Assembly: GCA_046861385.1 (NCBI GenBank)
Contig: JBHHTW010000005.1
Span: 47,755-111,754 of the forward strand
Origin: Fidelibacterota bacterium
GTDB lineage: Bacteria; Fidelibacterota; Marinisomatia; Marinisomatales; TCS55
Direction: 5' to 3'
Length of the DNA: 64,000 nt
In this document: positions 1 through 9,395 of the stretch, in pieces
Numbering within the stretch: the stretch's first letter is position 1
Layout: each line of letters starts with the position of its first letter
Translations under genes and position numbers: made by a program
The notes under the pieces: generated by a model
The model's input: only the letters and a program-made list of their open reading frames with translations
Database searches by the model: none
What the model was told of the DNA's origin: nothing

Positions 1-1087
1 TGGTTAATGAAAATAATGCCAGCAATAAGCCGATAATCCAAAAGCGGATGACGACACGAGATTCGGGCCATCCTTTTAACTCAAAATGATGGTGAATCGG
101 TGCCATTTTGAATAATCGCTGTCCGTCACCGAATTTTATTTTAGTCCATCGAAAATATACGACCTGTAAAATAACGGTAAGCGCTTCCCAAACAAAAACA
201 CCACCAATGATGAATAGGAGCAATTCTTTTTTTAGTAAAACCGCCATTGTACCCAAAGCAGCGCCGGTAGATAAGGATCCAACATCACCCATAAATACTT
301 CGGCGGGAGATGCATTGAACCATAAATATCCAATCAATGCACCAGTGATCGCGGCAGTAAAAATGGTAAGTTCTCCTGCTCCGGGTAAATAGAGGATGTT
401 TAAATAACTGGAAAAATCAACGCGACCGCTCATATATGCAATGGCAGCAAAGACTGTAAAGCAAATGGCAAGCAAACCTGCAGCCAACCCATCCAAACCA
501 TCAGTCAGATTAACCGCATTGGATGACCCGGTGATAACCAATATAATCACAAGTGGGTAAAGATATCCAAAATCCAGCTCAAGATTTTTAAAAAATGGTA
601 CATTCGTTACACTTTTAATATCCACAAATGCCGGATGGTTAAATATCCACACACTAATGATGATTCCTAATAATATTTGACCAACAAGTTTATAGCGGGC
701 AACCAACCCTTTTTTAAATTTTTTAATTACTTTTAAATAATCGTCCAAAAAACCAATACATCCCATCCAGACTAATGCCAACATCACAATTTGAACATAC
801 GTGTTAGATAAGTCGGCCAATAGCAGGGTCGGGATTAACACAGATCCGATAATCATTAATCCACCCATGGTCGGTGTTCCCTGTTTCTTCCGGTGGCTTT
901 TAGGACCCTCAATCCTAATTTCCTCTCCAATTTGGTGTTTGTGTAAAAGTCGAATAATCCAAGGACCAATTATAAATGTCAATAATAGGGATAAAATGGC
1001 GGCCATAGCTGAGCGGAATGTGATGTATTGAAATACGTTGAAAGGTGAGAATACATCACGTAAAGGATAAAGTAACTTAAATAACAT
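1..1087 (-). CDS. mraY: phospho-N-acetylmuramoyl-pentapeptide transferase MraY (last few codons run off the window; absent from ORF track)
   Basis: Manual translation from ATG 1087 (TAATG overlap with murF stop): MLFKLLYPLRDVFSPFNVFQYITFRSA...GTPTMGG...NAVNLTDGLDGLA...FMGDVGS...MAPIHHHFELKGWPESRVVIRFWII. Confidence 0.96.
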   Translation of the reverse strand, partial: MLFKLLYPLRDVFSPFNVFQYITFRSAMAAILSLLLTFIIGPWIIRLLHKHQIGEEIRIEGPKSHRKKQGTPTMGGLMIIGSVLIPTLLLADLSNTYVQIVMLALVWMGCIGFLDDYLKVIKKFKKGLVARYKLVGQILLGIIISVWIFNHPAFVDIKSVTNVPFFKNLELDFGYLYPLVIILVITGSSNAVNLTDGLDGLAAGLLAICFTVFAAIAYMSGRVDFSSYLNILYLPGAGELTIFTAAITGALIGYLWFNASPAEVFMGDVGSLSTGAALGTMAVLLKKELLLFIIGGVFVWEALTVILQVVYFRWTKIKFGDGQRLFKMAPIHHHFELKGWPESRVVIRFWIIGLLLALFSLT

Positions 1088-2442
1088 TATTTCGTTTCTA
1101 GATCTCTCAAAATGGTTTCCATTAACATACCCCGCGACCCTTTTACCAGTATTTTGTCACCTTCTTGAATCCAGACCTTCAATTCTTCAGATAGGTCATG
1201 TTTTGAATCAAAATGTTTATGAAAAATACCCGAATTAATAGCCTCATTCGTTTCTCGAGTATTATTTCCAATCGTAAAAACAGCGTCCAATTTCTTTTTC
1301 GAACAATGTTCCCCCACTTTTCGATGATGAGAAATTGATTCATTTCCCAATTCGAGCATATCTCCAAAAACAAAAATATTTCTTCCATTTCCACTGAATG
1401 CCTTCAGATAATCTATAGCCGCAACGGTTGACGAAAGGTTCGCATTATAGGTATCGTCGATAATTGTGACTTGGTTCATCTGAGTGACTTCGCAGCGTCC
1501 TTTGGGAGCTTGAAATGATTGGACTTGATTTTCAAACGTTTTCCAGTCAATTCCAAAATGAGCACATACAGCCGAAGCAGCGATGACGTTCTTAATGAAC
1601 GAAAGATTTTGGGAAGCAGTGGCAATTTCATACGAATCAATTGTTAGGGTAATCGAGCCGTCTTTCTCATGATGAATATCAGCAGGGTAGTCACAATCTG
1701 GTGTCAGTCCATAAGAAATTCCCTTACCCGGTAGGTTCATTTTACGAATTAGATCATCCGCTTTGTTTACAAATGCTATTCCATCAGCTAAAGCTTCGAA
1801 TAGGGCTCCTTTAGTTTTTGCTATTTCATCAAGGGAACCAAATCCTTCCAGATGGGACGAGTTAATATTTGTGATCAAACCATGCGTTGGTTCTGATATC
1901 GAACATAAATATGCAATTTCGCCTGGTTGGCTTGCACCCATTTCTAATATTGAAAATGTGTGATCATAAGATATTTGGAAAATGGTTAACGGTAAGCCAA
2001 TAGACGTATTAAAATTTCCCGATGTTGCATGAACTTTTTCATCTACAGATAAAATATGTTTCAATAATTCTTTTGTTGATGTTTTTCCATTTGATCCGGT
2101 TATACCTATTAATGGAATATTAAATAATCTTCGATAAGACCGTGCAAATGCACCCAATGTTTCCACCGGTTTTTCAACAATGAATAATTCCATTCCACTA
2201 ATAACAGAAACTTCATGATCTGCCAAACATGCCACGGCACCATTTTCATTCGCCTGTAGTATAAACTTATGTCCATCAGTCCGCTCACCCCTAATGGCAA
2301 TATATAAATCCCCCACCTGGCATTCGCGGCTATCCGTGGAAATCCCAGTGATCGGGGAGGATGGGGTCACACCCAGATGGGTCTTCAATACAGTCGTAAA
2401 AGCTTCAGGTTCAGCTATTTGAATTCGCACAAAATTTCTCAA
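1087..2442 (-). CDS. murF: UDP-MurNAc-tripeptide--D-Ala-D-Ala ligase
   Basis: GITGSNGKTSTKE P-loop, NFNTSIGLP, DDTYNAN, GDMLELG, LVKGSRG; dcw context; start may be GTG 2430. Confidence 0.95.
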   Translation of the reverse strand: MRNFVRIQIAEPEAFTTVLKTHLGVTPSSPITGISTDSRECQVGDLYIAIRGERTDGHKFILQANENGAVACLADHEVSVISGMELFIVEKPVETLGAFARSYRRLFNIPLIGITGSNGKTSTKELLKHILSVDEKVHATSGNFNTSIGLPLTIFQISYDHTFSILEMGASQPGEIAYLCSISEPTHGLITNINSSHLEGFGSLDEIAKTKGALFEALADGIAFVNKADDLIRKMNLPGKGISYGLTPDCDYPADIHHEKDGSITLTIDSYEIATASQNLSFIKNVIAASAVCAHFGIDWKTFENQVQSFQAPKGRCEVTQMNQVTIIDDTYNANLSSTVAAIDYLKAFSGNGRNIFVFGDMLELGNESISHHRKVGEHCSKKKLDAVFTIGNNTRETNEAINSGIFHKHFDSKHDLSEELKVWIQEGDKILVKGSRGMLMETILRDLETK

Positions 2443-3874
2443 TGATTTCTATATCTGAATAGGGGTGTCTAACACCTTCAATTTCTTGATAAGTCTCCCG
2501 ACCCTTTCCTAAAACGACCAAAACGTCATTTTCCTCCAATTGGCTTAAAGCTTTCCTCAAAGCTATTCCCCGATTATTAACTATTTCATAACGATTTGAT
2601 GACAAGCCGGTAGAAATATCTTTTACAATGTCATCCTGATTTTCATACCGTGGATTATCTGGTGTGATATAAAAGAAAGCCGCATATTGTTCAACTAATC
2701 TACCCATAAGAGGTCGGTTAGAAGCATCTCTGTTGCCTCCGCATCCAAAAAGTACGATCATTTTTCCGTCTGCTTTCACCAGTCCATAAATTGTACTCAA
2801 TACTTTTTCATACGCATCCGGTGTATGGGCATAATCGACAATAATCTGAGCTCCATTCGCAGAAGTAAATTTTTCCATGCGTCCGGAAACGATTCTGCAT
2901 TTATTGATACCATTTCTGATTGTACCCATAGGAAGTCCTATTGCAATAGTCGCTCCAACCGCAGATAATATATTTTCTTTATTAAAATCCCCAATTAGGG
3001 ATGAATCGATCTGAATTTTGTGGTGTCCTGCGGAAATTAACCCTTTAATCCCCTTTAAAGTAGATTGCACCTCTTTGAAATAAATATCAGATTTGTTTTC
3101 GGGAGAAAATTTCAGAACAGGTGCCGTACTCTTCTCTGATAGACGCAAACCATATTCATCATTTGTATTAATGATCGAAGTTGCCGAGAGCGGAAGGGAA
3201 GTAAATAATTTCGCCTTTGCGTAAAAATAATCTTCCATACTACCATGATAATCAAGATGTTCAGGAGATAGATTGGTAAAAACAGTAACATCAAACTCAA
3301 TATCTGCAACTCGATATTGATGAATGGCATGAGAAGAAACTTCCATAACAATATGGGTAAAATTATCATCAGCGAGATCTCGCAAAAGTTTTTGCAAATT
3401 GATGGCATCCATTGTTGTGAGCGTTTTAGATTGCTCATGACCCGCAGCAATGACTCCCAATGTACCTAATTGAGCCGTTTTGCATCCTGCTTCATTCAAT
3501 ATGGATGTAATTAGAGTTGCGGTACTTGTTTTACCGTTTGTTCCGGTTATGCCAATCACAAACAATTCTTTTGAAGGATTTCCATAATATTCCGCTGCAA
3601 CATAAGAAGCAGCCTTTCTCGGATTAGATACTTTGACTTGTGGAACAGCGAGAACCCCGACATCCCGACCGTTAGTGATGACAGCTGATGCACCATTATC
3701 CAACGCTTCCGGAATGAAATCGTGACCGTCTGCGGAGGTTCCATAAACAGCAATATAAAGGTCACCCGGCTTCACATCTTTGGAATGTAATCGTATTTTG
3801 TTTATCGGTGTTGCCGGGATATCTTCCGTTGACGCCATAATTCCTTTAACCAGTTGATTTAGAGGTATTCTCAT
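2411..3874 (-). CDS. murE: UDP-MurNAc-L-Ala-D-Glu--meso-DAP ligase
   Basis: GITGTNGKTS, MEVSSH, DYAHTPDA, FGCGGNRD, DNPR (DAP-specificity motif); ATG 3874 overlaps the ftsI TGA. Confidence 0.96.
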   Translation of the reverse strand: MRIPLNQLVKGIMASTEDIPATPINKIRLHSKDVKPGDLYIAVYGTSADGHDFIPEALDNGASAVITNGRDVGVLAVPQVKVSNPRKAASYVAAEYYGNPSKELFVIGITGTNGKTSTATLITSILNEAGCKTAQLGTLGVIAAGHEQSKTLTTMDAINLQKLLRDLADDNFTHIVMEVSSHAIHQYRVADIEFDVTVFTNLSPEHLDYHGSMEDYFYAKAKLFTSLPLSATSIINTNDEYGLRLSEKSTAPVLKFSPENKSDIYFKEVQSTLKGIKGLISAGHHKIQIDSSLIGDFNKENILSAVGATIAIGLPMGTIRNGINKCRIVSGRMEKFTSANGAQIIVDYAHTPDAYEKVLSTIYGLVKADGKMIVLFGCGGNRDASNRPLMGRLVEQYAAFFYITPDNPRYENQDDIVKDISTGLSSNRYEIVNNRGIALRKALSQLEENDVLVVLGKGRETYQEIEGVRHPYSDIEIIEKFCANSNS

Positions 3875-5868
3875 TTTAATCCTATACTGCATATAGAGCT
3901 ATTAGCGACGATAGTTCCCGGCTTTGGGCTCTGCCACACCACTTTTCCTGACCCCGTGAAATTTGTATGCAATCCTAATTTCCTAAGTACGGTTCTTGCT
4001 TTTCTCAAGCTCATGCCTCGGACCTCAGGCATATAGAATTTTCCTTCTTTAGTTTGAGCGACTTTCATTATCTGCATTTGGTTGGATAAAGCCACTGGGC
4101 TGTTTACTGCATCACCCTGAGTATGTGGGAGGGGTAGACTTTCTTGAGCCCATTGCGGGTCTTTTGAGATCGTCCGCGGTTTAAAGCGGCGTATGGAATC
4201 GTCCATATTAATGATTCGTTCCATAACGCGGCGAAATACGGGTGCTGCTCCGTAACCACCCCAGTGGTATCCAATTTTTGGTTCGTCAAGTACGATTACA
4301 CAAACGAGTTGAGGATTATCTGCCGGTAGAAATCCAGCAAAGTTGGAAATAAATTTTTTATTTGAATAATGGTCACCAATAAATTTTTGAGCTGTCCCGG
4401 TTTTTCCGGCTACAGGCCAACCATTAATCGCCGCATTCGTCCCGGTTCCGGTTTCAACTACTCTGCAAAGGATATCCACCATAGTGCCAAGTACATCCTT
4501 CGAAGATATTTTGCGAACGACCTCAGGTTTTTCAGAATAAATAATTTTACCATCAGATGAGATAATCTGATTTACCAACCTGGGTTTCATTAAAAAACCG
4601 CCGTTTGCAATCGCTGCGTAAGCCATGCCTAACTGTAAGGTTGTTACACCTACTTCATGACCCAAAGAAATTTCAGCCAGAGATATATGGCTCCATTCAT
4701 TGACACGCCTTAAAGTGCCTGGATTCTCACCATCAATCGAAATATTTGTCGGAGTCCCAAATCCAAAATTTCTACTGTATTTATAAAGTTTTGATGGTCC
4801 CAACGTTTCAGCAATTTTTATGACACCGACATTGCTGGAATTTTCAATGATCTGTGGTAAAGTTAATAATCCGAAATTACCCCAGTCTTTGATTTTTTTC
4901 CCGGCAAATTCATAACTGCCGTTTTCACAATTGAATTCTTGCCATAGCGAAACAGTATTCTGGTCTAACGCACCTAAAGCAGTAACTATTTTATACGTTG
5001 AACCTGGTTCAAACTGGTCTGAAATCACTCTATTGCGCCGCCAGGATAAATCAGATCTTCCAGGATAGTTTGGGTCAAAATCAGGAGCGGATGACATGGC
5101 TAAAATCGCTCCATTTTGAGGGTTAATTATGAGCCCCATAGCAGATGAGGCTTCTGTTTTCTTTACTTGTGCATACAGTTCCTCTTGCAGAATAGCTTGG
5201 TACTCCAAATCCAGGGTTAATTGAATATTAGCGCCATCTATCGGTGGTTCCATCGGGAAATTCGTTTTAAATATAGATTTCCCTTTCCCACTCATTTGTT
5301 TTATCACCCAGCCGGGAGTACCTGTTAAGTATTTGTTAAATTTTTGCTCTAATCCGGCAATTCCCAAGTCATCAATATTGACAAATCCCAAAATTTGTGA
5401 CGCGATATTCTCATGAGGGTAATAACGACGCGAGTCCCTTTCAATGATAATACCATAAGGTTGATCGATCAAAATATCTTCACATTGCGATCGTTGGAGA
5501 TTGCGTTCCAGATAGACAAAACTTTTATTGGAATCTAATTTTTTCAGATATTCTTTTGGATCTCTTCCGGTGCACGCGCTTATTTTATCCGCTAATTCTT
5601 GTTTGTTGTGAATTTTGAATGGATGAACGCCTAAAGAATAATGAATAATATTCCGAGTTAATGAAATGTTATTGCGATCAAATATGTTTCCCCTCACGGG
5701 TCGCAATGGTTCTTGTACTCGCCCCTGCGCCAACCCTTTCATTCGAAGAGATTCACCATCAATGATTTGAATTTTGAACAATCGTATAGACAGGCCTATC
5801 CAACACAGGAAAATAATACCAGAAATAAATATTACACGGGACCGATATTTTAAATAGGTCTTAGTCAA
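3871..5868 (-). CDS. ftsI: class B penicillin-binding protein (FtsI/PBP3) with C-terminal PASTA domain
   Basis: N-terminal TM, RGNIFDRN, EPGSTYK (SxxK), SSN, KTGTAQ; PASTA-like MPEVRGMSLRKA. Confidence 0.93.
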   Translation of the reverse strand: MTKTYLKYRSRVIFISGIIFLCWIGLSIRLFKIQIIDGESLRMKGLAQGRVQEPLRPVRGNIFDRNNISLTRNIIHYSLGVHPFKIHNKQELADKISACTGRDPKEYLKKLDSNKSFVYLERNLQRSQCEDILIDQPYGIIIERDSRRYYPHENIASQILGFVNIDDLGIAGLEQKFNKYLTGTPGWVIKQMSGKGKSIFKTNFPMEPPIDGANIQLTLDLEYQAILQEELYAQVKKTEASSAMGLIINPQNGAILAMSSAPDFDPNYPGRSDLSWRRNRVISDQFEPGSTYKIVTALGALDQNTVSLWQEFNCENGSYEFAGKKIKDWGNFGLLTLPQIIENSSNVGVIKIAETLGPSKLYKYSRNFGFGTPTNISIDGENPGTLRRVNEWSHISLAEISLGHEVGVTTLQLGMAYAAIANGGFLMKPRLVNQIISSDGKIIYSEKPEVVRKISSKDVLGTMVDILCRVVETGTGTNAAINGWPVAGKTGTAQKFIGDHYSNKKFISNFAGFLPADNPQLVCVIVLDEPKIGYHWGGYGAAPVFRRVMERIINMDDSIRRFKPRTISKDPQWAQESLPLPHTQGDAVNSPVALSNQMQIMKVAQTKEGKFYMPEVRGMSLRKARTVLRKLGLHTNFTGSGKVVWQSPKPGTIVANSSICSIGLK

Positions 5869-6199
5869 GAGAATTCTCCATTACAATTGGGTCAACAAAC
5901 ACAGAAATGGATTCAGGATCAGCAACAACCATCCCCAATTCATTTCTGGCTACTGTCGTAATTCGGTCAACACGATTTAACAGTTCAATCTTGCCTTTTA
6001 ATTCTTTGACTGTATTATTTAATTCTGAAAAAGTGGATTTTTGAATTTCGATTGCCATCATTGTTTCATCTATTTCAGTATATACCCATAAATAAATTAT
6101 CAGGCCTCCAATCGAGAGAACTGTCACCAGAAAAAATGATAATGTTTGAAAAAAATCTCGGTACTTATTTTTCATTTTCGATTTACGTTTTTTGGTCAT
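5861..6199 (-). CDS. ftsL: cell division protein FtsL-like
   Basis: Single TM plus coiled coil, RITTVARNELGM motif, position between rsmH and ftsI. Confidence 0.8.
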   Translation of the reverse strand: MTKKRKSKMKNKYRDFFQTLSFFLVTVLSIGGLIIYLWVYTEIDETMMAIEIQKSTFSELNNTVKELKGKIELLNRVDRITTVARNELGMVVADPESISVFVDPIVMENSLD

Positions 6200-7092
6200 T
6201 ATATCCTTTCTGCTGCGCGCAGTTTTGCGCTTCTGGCGCGGGAATTATCTGCTATCTCTTTATTGGTGGGTCGAAGAGGTTTTTTTGTTAAGATGGATAC
6301 TACATTTTTATTGGACAGATCTTTGAATGAATGTTTCACTATTCTATCTTCCAGTGAATGATAACTCAAAATGACGATTCTTCCTTTAGGTGCTAAATAA
6401 TTGGCAAAATTTTCTAAGAATTTTTGTAAACGTGTTAATTCATCATTAACAGCAATTCGCAGAGCCTGGAAAACTCTCGCCAATGAATTTTTTCGATGGT
6501 TCGGTGGAGTGCTTCTTCGTATCGCTTCTTTTAAATCGGACACTGTGTTCATTGAATCCATATTTTTTATAGATCTCGCTATTCTTCTGGATAGTCGCTC
6601 TTCTCCATAATTGTAAAGGATGTCTGCTAATTCTTTTTCCGTTTTAGAAAAAATGAGTTGGGCAGCTGTTTGCCCGTCAGAAGAATTAAAACGCATGTCC
6701 AAAGAACCATTAGACTTGAAACCAAAACCTCTGGAGGAGGAATCCAGCTGGAAGGAAGATAAACCCAAGTCAAGTAATATACCATTCACGACCGATATAC
6801 CCTCGTCCTGAAGAATTTTAGGGAATAATTCGTACGAGGTATGGAGGCAGGAGAAGGCACGGCTGTCTGATAGTCGTTCTTTGCAAATTGCCAGAGCCTT
6901 CTCGTCGCGGTCAAGTCCGATTAACCTCCCTGAAGCTGAAAGGGCATTCAGTATCTGTGCAGCGTGCCCGCCGAGACCTACTGTCCCGTCGAGATAAATT
7001 CCATTCCGGTTCGTGATGAGAAAATTCATCGCTTCGTGAATCATCACCGGAATATGGAGCGACTTGGTTTCCGGCGTTGAATTTTTGTTCAT
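6199..7092 (-). CDS. rsmH: 16S rRNA m4C1402 methyltransferase
   Basis: HIPVM, DGTVGLGGH, DLGLSSFQLD, LDMRF, FQALRIAVNDE, SYHSLEDR, RARSAKLR. Confidence 0.97.
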   Translation of the reverse strand: MNKNSTPETKSLHIPVMIHEAMNFLITNRNGIYLDGTVGLGGHAAQILNALSASGRLIGLDRDEKALAICKERLSDSRAFSCLHTSYELFPKILQDEGISVVNGILLDLGLSSFQLDSSSRGFGFKSNGSLDMRFNSSDGQTAAQLIFSKTEKELADILYNYGEERLSRRIARSIKNMDSMNTVSDLKEAIRRSTPPNHRKNSLARVFQALRIAVNDELTRLQKFLENFANYLAPKGRIVILSYHSLEDRIVKHSFKDLSNKNVVSILTKKPLRPTNKEIADNSRARSAKLRAAERI

Positions 7093-7556
7093 TATAAAAT
7101 AATTTTTTCTGATAGTTCATCGTAAGCCGACGAGTCCAATTCTGTTGCTTGATTTTCAATTCTTGATAATTCCGCCGCATTCCATATTTCAATTTTATTG
7201 ATCATTCCAATAATCAAGGCATCATTATCGATATTGGCATAATCCATCAGTTGAGGCGAGAGAATGATTCGACCTTGTTTATCAAATTTAACAGGTGAAG
7301 CATACCGAGCTGTACTGCGGATAAATGATCTATTGATCGGTGAGATAGCAGATAGTTCTTTCAAATTGTCTTCGATATACTGCCAACCCGTAAGAGGGTA
7401 AACCCAGATACAGGGATCCATTCCCCGGGTGATAACAAATGTGTTATCGTTTTCCGGAGCAAGGCTCTGTCGAAATTTAGCAGGAATATTGACACGACCT
7501 TTCGCATCAATTGTATAGGAATACTCTCCTATAAATGTATCTTGATTGATTGTCAT
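7092..7556 (-). CDS. mraZ: division/cell wall cluster repressor MraZ
   Basis: IDAKGRVNIP and FDKQGRI repeats, IEIW; first gene of the dcw cluster. Confidence 0.96.
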   Translation of the reverse strand: MTINQDTFIGEYSYTIDAKGRVNIPAKFRQSLAPENDNTFVITRGMDPCIWVYPLTGWQYIEDNLKELSAISPINRSFIRSTARYASPVKFDKQGRIILSPQLMDYANIDNDALIIGMINKIEIWNAAELSRIENQATELDSSAYDELSEKIIL

Positions 7557-7617
7557 ACCCACTTAAGTTTGTTTTGAATTACCCACAATTACCCACAATA
7601 TATTTCACTCTACCCAC
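7557..7617 (-). promoter_or_regulatory. putative MraZ-binding direct repeats (GTGGGT on minus strand)
   Basis: ACCCAC at 7557, 7581, 7591, 7612 and degenerate TTTCAC at 7603, about 10-bp periodic, immediately upstream of mraZ. Confidence 0.7.
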
Positions 7618-7726
7618 TTATGTCAACTTATTTTATAAAGGTATTTAATAATTTTCTGTTTTTTTAGACGAGAAAAAGCTTCAACCGATAGTTGAAGTCA
7701 AGTGGGAAGTTAAAGTAATCTTTTAA

Positions 7727-8557
7727 CTATCTTTGGGGAATGTAGTGCTTAACGGTGACCGTGCTTGGGTCAGAAATGAATTCAATATCTGCAGGATGAG
7801 AGTAATCACCAAGCTCATCAACTTCAACACCATTTATATAAAGGGTAGTTCCCGCAGTTTGATTCAATCTTATATGAAATTTACTATCAAAGGGAAGACT
7901 GTATTCTTCGCCCGGAGGAAGAATACCTGATCGAGTAGTGGATGTATCGATTTTAACACTGTACCAAATGCGTTCATCTGATATGATTTTCATTTTAAAT
8001 GGAAAAGTGACAGTCATTGCAACAGTTTGAGATACTGCTTCTACGTAGTCATTTGTTAAAATATCATCGGTGATGATTGCCGGATTGTTCGTCAAAACAA
8101 TTTCACCATTTTGGAGAGATGCTGCACTGTCTTCAGAATTGATTTTTTTTATAATGAATATGGCAAATAGAAAGATGATTAATAAAACAACACCTTTGAT
8201 TAAATCCTCTCGAATTTTCGTTGGAGGTCTGGAGTGTGATGGTGGTTTCAATTTCGCATCTTTTTGATCATCTATCGATGCTTCTTTTGTAAAGACGGGT
8301 TTTTTTGGAATCCTTCTACCTTCTTTACTGGCTTGAAAAATATCCAATTGGTGCAATGCTTCATCGGGATCACCACCCAGTTCAACAACATATGCCCTCA
8401 AAAATAAGCGTACGTAAGGCAATGGTAAGATTTCAAATTGACCTTCTTCAATCGCTGTTAAATAATCAATATTGATTTTTGTTCTGGAATGGATTTCTTC
8501 CAGCTCAATATTTTGCGACTGCCTTTTTTCTTTGAGGTCTTTAAAGAATTCGTTCAT
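7727..8557 (-). CDS. RodZ-like helix-turn-helix membrane protein
   Basis: N-terminal HTH (LEEIHSRTKINIDYLTAIEEG...PYVRLFLRAY), central TM, C-terminal beta-rich domain. Confidence 0.8.
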   Translation of the reverse strand: MNEFFKDLKEKRQSQNIELEEIHSRTKINIDYLTAIEEGQFEILPLPYVRLFLRAYVVELGGDPDEALHQLDIFQASKEGRRIPKKPVFTKEASIDDQKDAKLKPPSHSRPPTKIREDLIKGVVLLIIFLFAIFIIKKINSEDSAASLQNGEIVLTNNPAIITDDILTNDYVEAVSQTVAMTVTFPFKMKIISDERIWYSVKIDTSTTRSGILPPGEEYSLPFDSKFHIRLNQTAGTTLYINGVEVDELGDYSHPADIEFISDPSTVTVKHYIPQR

Positions 8558-8619
8558 AATGATTCAATGAATAGGGGAGAAACTTAACCGACCGTATGCT
8601 TCGTTATCAATATAAATGT

Positions 8620-9207
8620 CTATTTATTTACAATATGTTTATAGTGTTTAAAAAATGCTGATAAGGGAAAACCCATTACGTTATAAAAACAACCATTTAT
8701 TTTTTTTACATTAACCGAAAACCAATCCTGGATTCCATAACTTCCAGCTTTATCAAATGGTCTGTAAGTCTCAATATAATTAGATATAGTACTATCTGAA
8801 AGATTCATAAACGTTACCTTTGTTTTTTCAAAAAATGTACGACTGATTTGATGGTTAATATGGTTTAATGACACTCCTGTGAAAACAGAATGTGTTCGGT
8901 CTGATAATGATTTTAACATAGCAAAACTTTCTTTTTTATCTTTAGGTTTGCCAAGAATTTTACCATCCAGCACGACAATAGTATCTGCACCGATTACTAA
9001 ATAATTTTGGTTTTTACTAGCAATATCAAGAGATTTTTCTTTTGCATAAAACTTGACAAATTCTTCAGGAGACAAACTGATATTAAAATCTTCGTGTATT
9101 TTGCTAGGGGCTACATCAAAGGTTAAATTGATCATTTCCAGAAGTTGTTTTCTTCTCGGAGAAGCAGAGGCGAGGATAATAGGGAACAGTTGCAAATTAT
9201 TATTCAA
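8620..9207 (-). CDS. maf: Maf family nucleoside-triphosphate pyrophosphatase
   Basis: IILASASPRRKQLL, GADTIV, LGKP, DKAGSYGIQ; likely start TTG 9207 rather than 9291. Confidence 0.92.
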   Translation of the reverse strand: MNNNLQLFPIILASASPRRKQLLEMINLTFDVAPSKIHEDFNISLSPEEFVKFYAKEKSLDIASKNQNYLVIGADTIVVLDGKILGKPKDKKESFAMLKSLSDRTHSVFTGVSLNHINHQISRTFFEKTKVTFMNLSDSTISNYIETYRPFDKAGSYGIQDWFSVNVKKINGCFYNVMGFPLSAFFKHYKHIVNK

Positions 9208-9208
9208 A

Positions 9209-9382
9209 TTAGATTTGATTGTTATCCCAAAGTGCCGCGACATTTTTTGGTAAAATACACCAGGGTTTTTCATCTCGTCCCTCTTCAGCAAGCCGAAAAC
9301 CTAATATTTTGTGGTACCGTTCTACGGCATCTTTAAAATTATGGGTACTTAAGTTAAAATGATCCATTCGTGTAACACTCAT
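9209..9382 (-). pseudogene. truncated VOC/glyoxalase-like ORF (57 aa)
   Basis: MSVTRMDHFNLSTHNFKDAVERYHKILGFRL matches the N-terminal VOC pattern (H-x-x-L...A.E.Y..ILGF) but is about half the usual length. Confidence 0.5.
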
Positions 9383-9395
9383 CTTAGAAATCGTA

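Noticed and set aside
108-1031. Plus-strand ORFs 108..392 and 801..1031 (and similar short nested ORFs across the window)
   Set aside because: Antisense or off-frame shadows of well-supported genes such as mraY.
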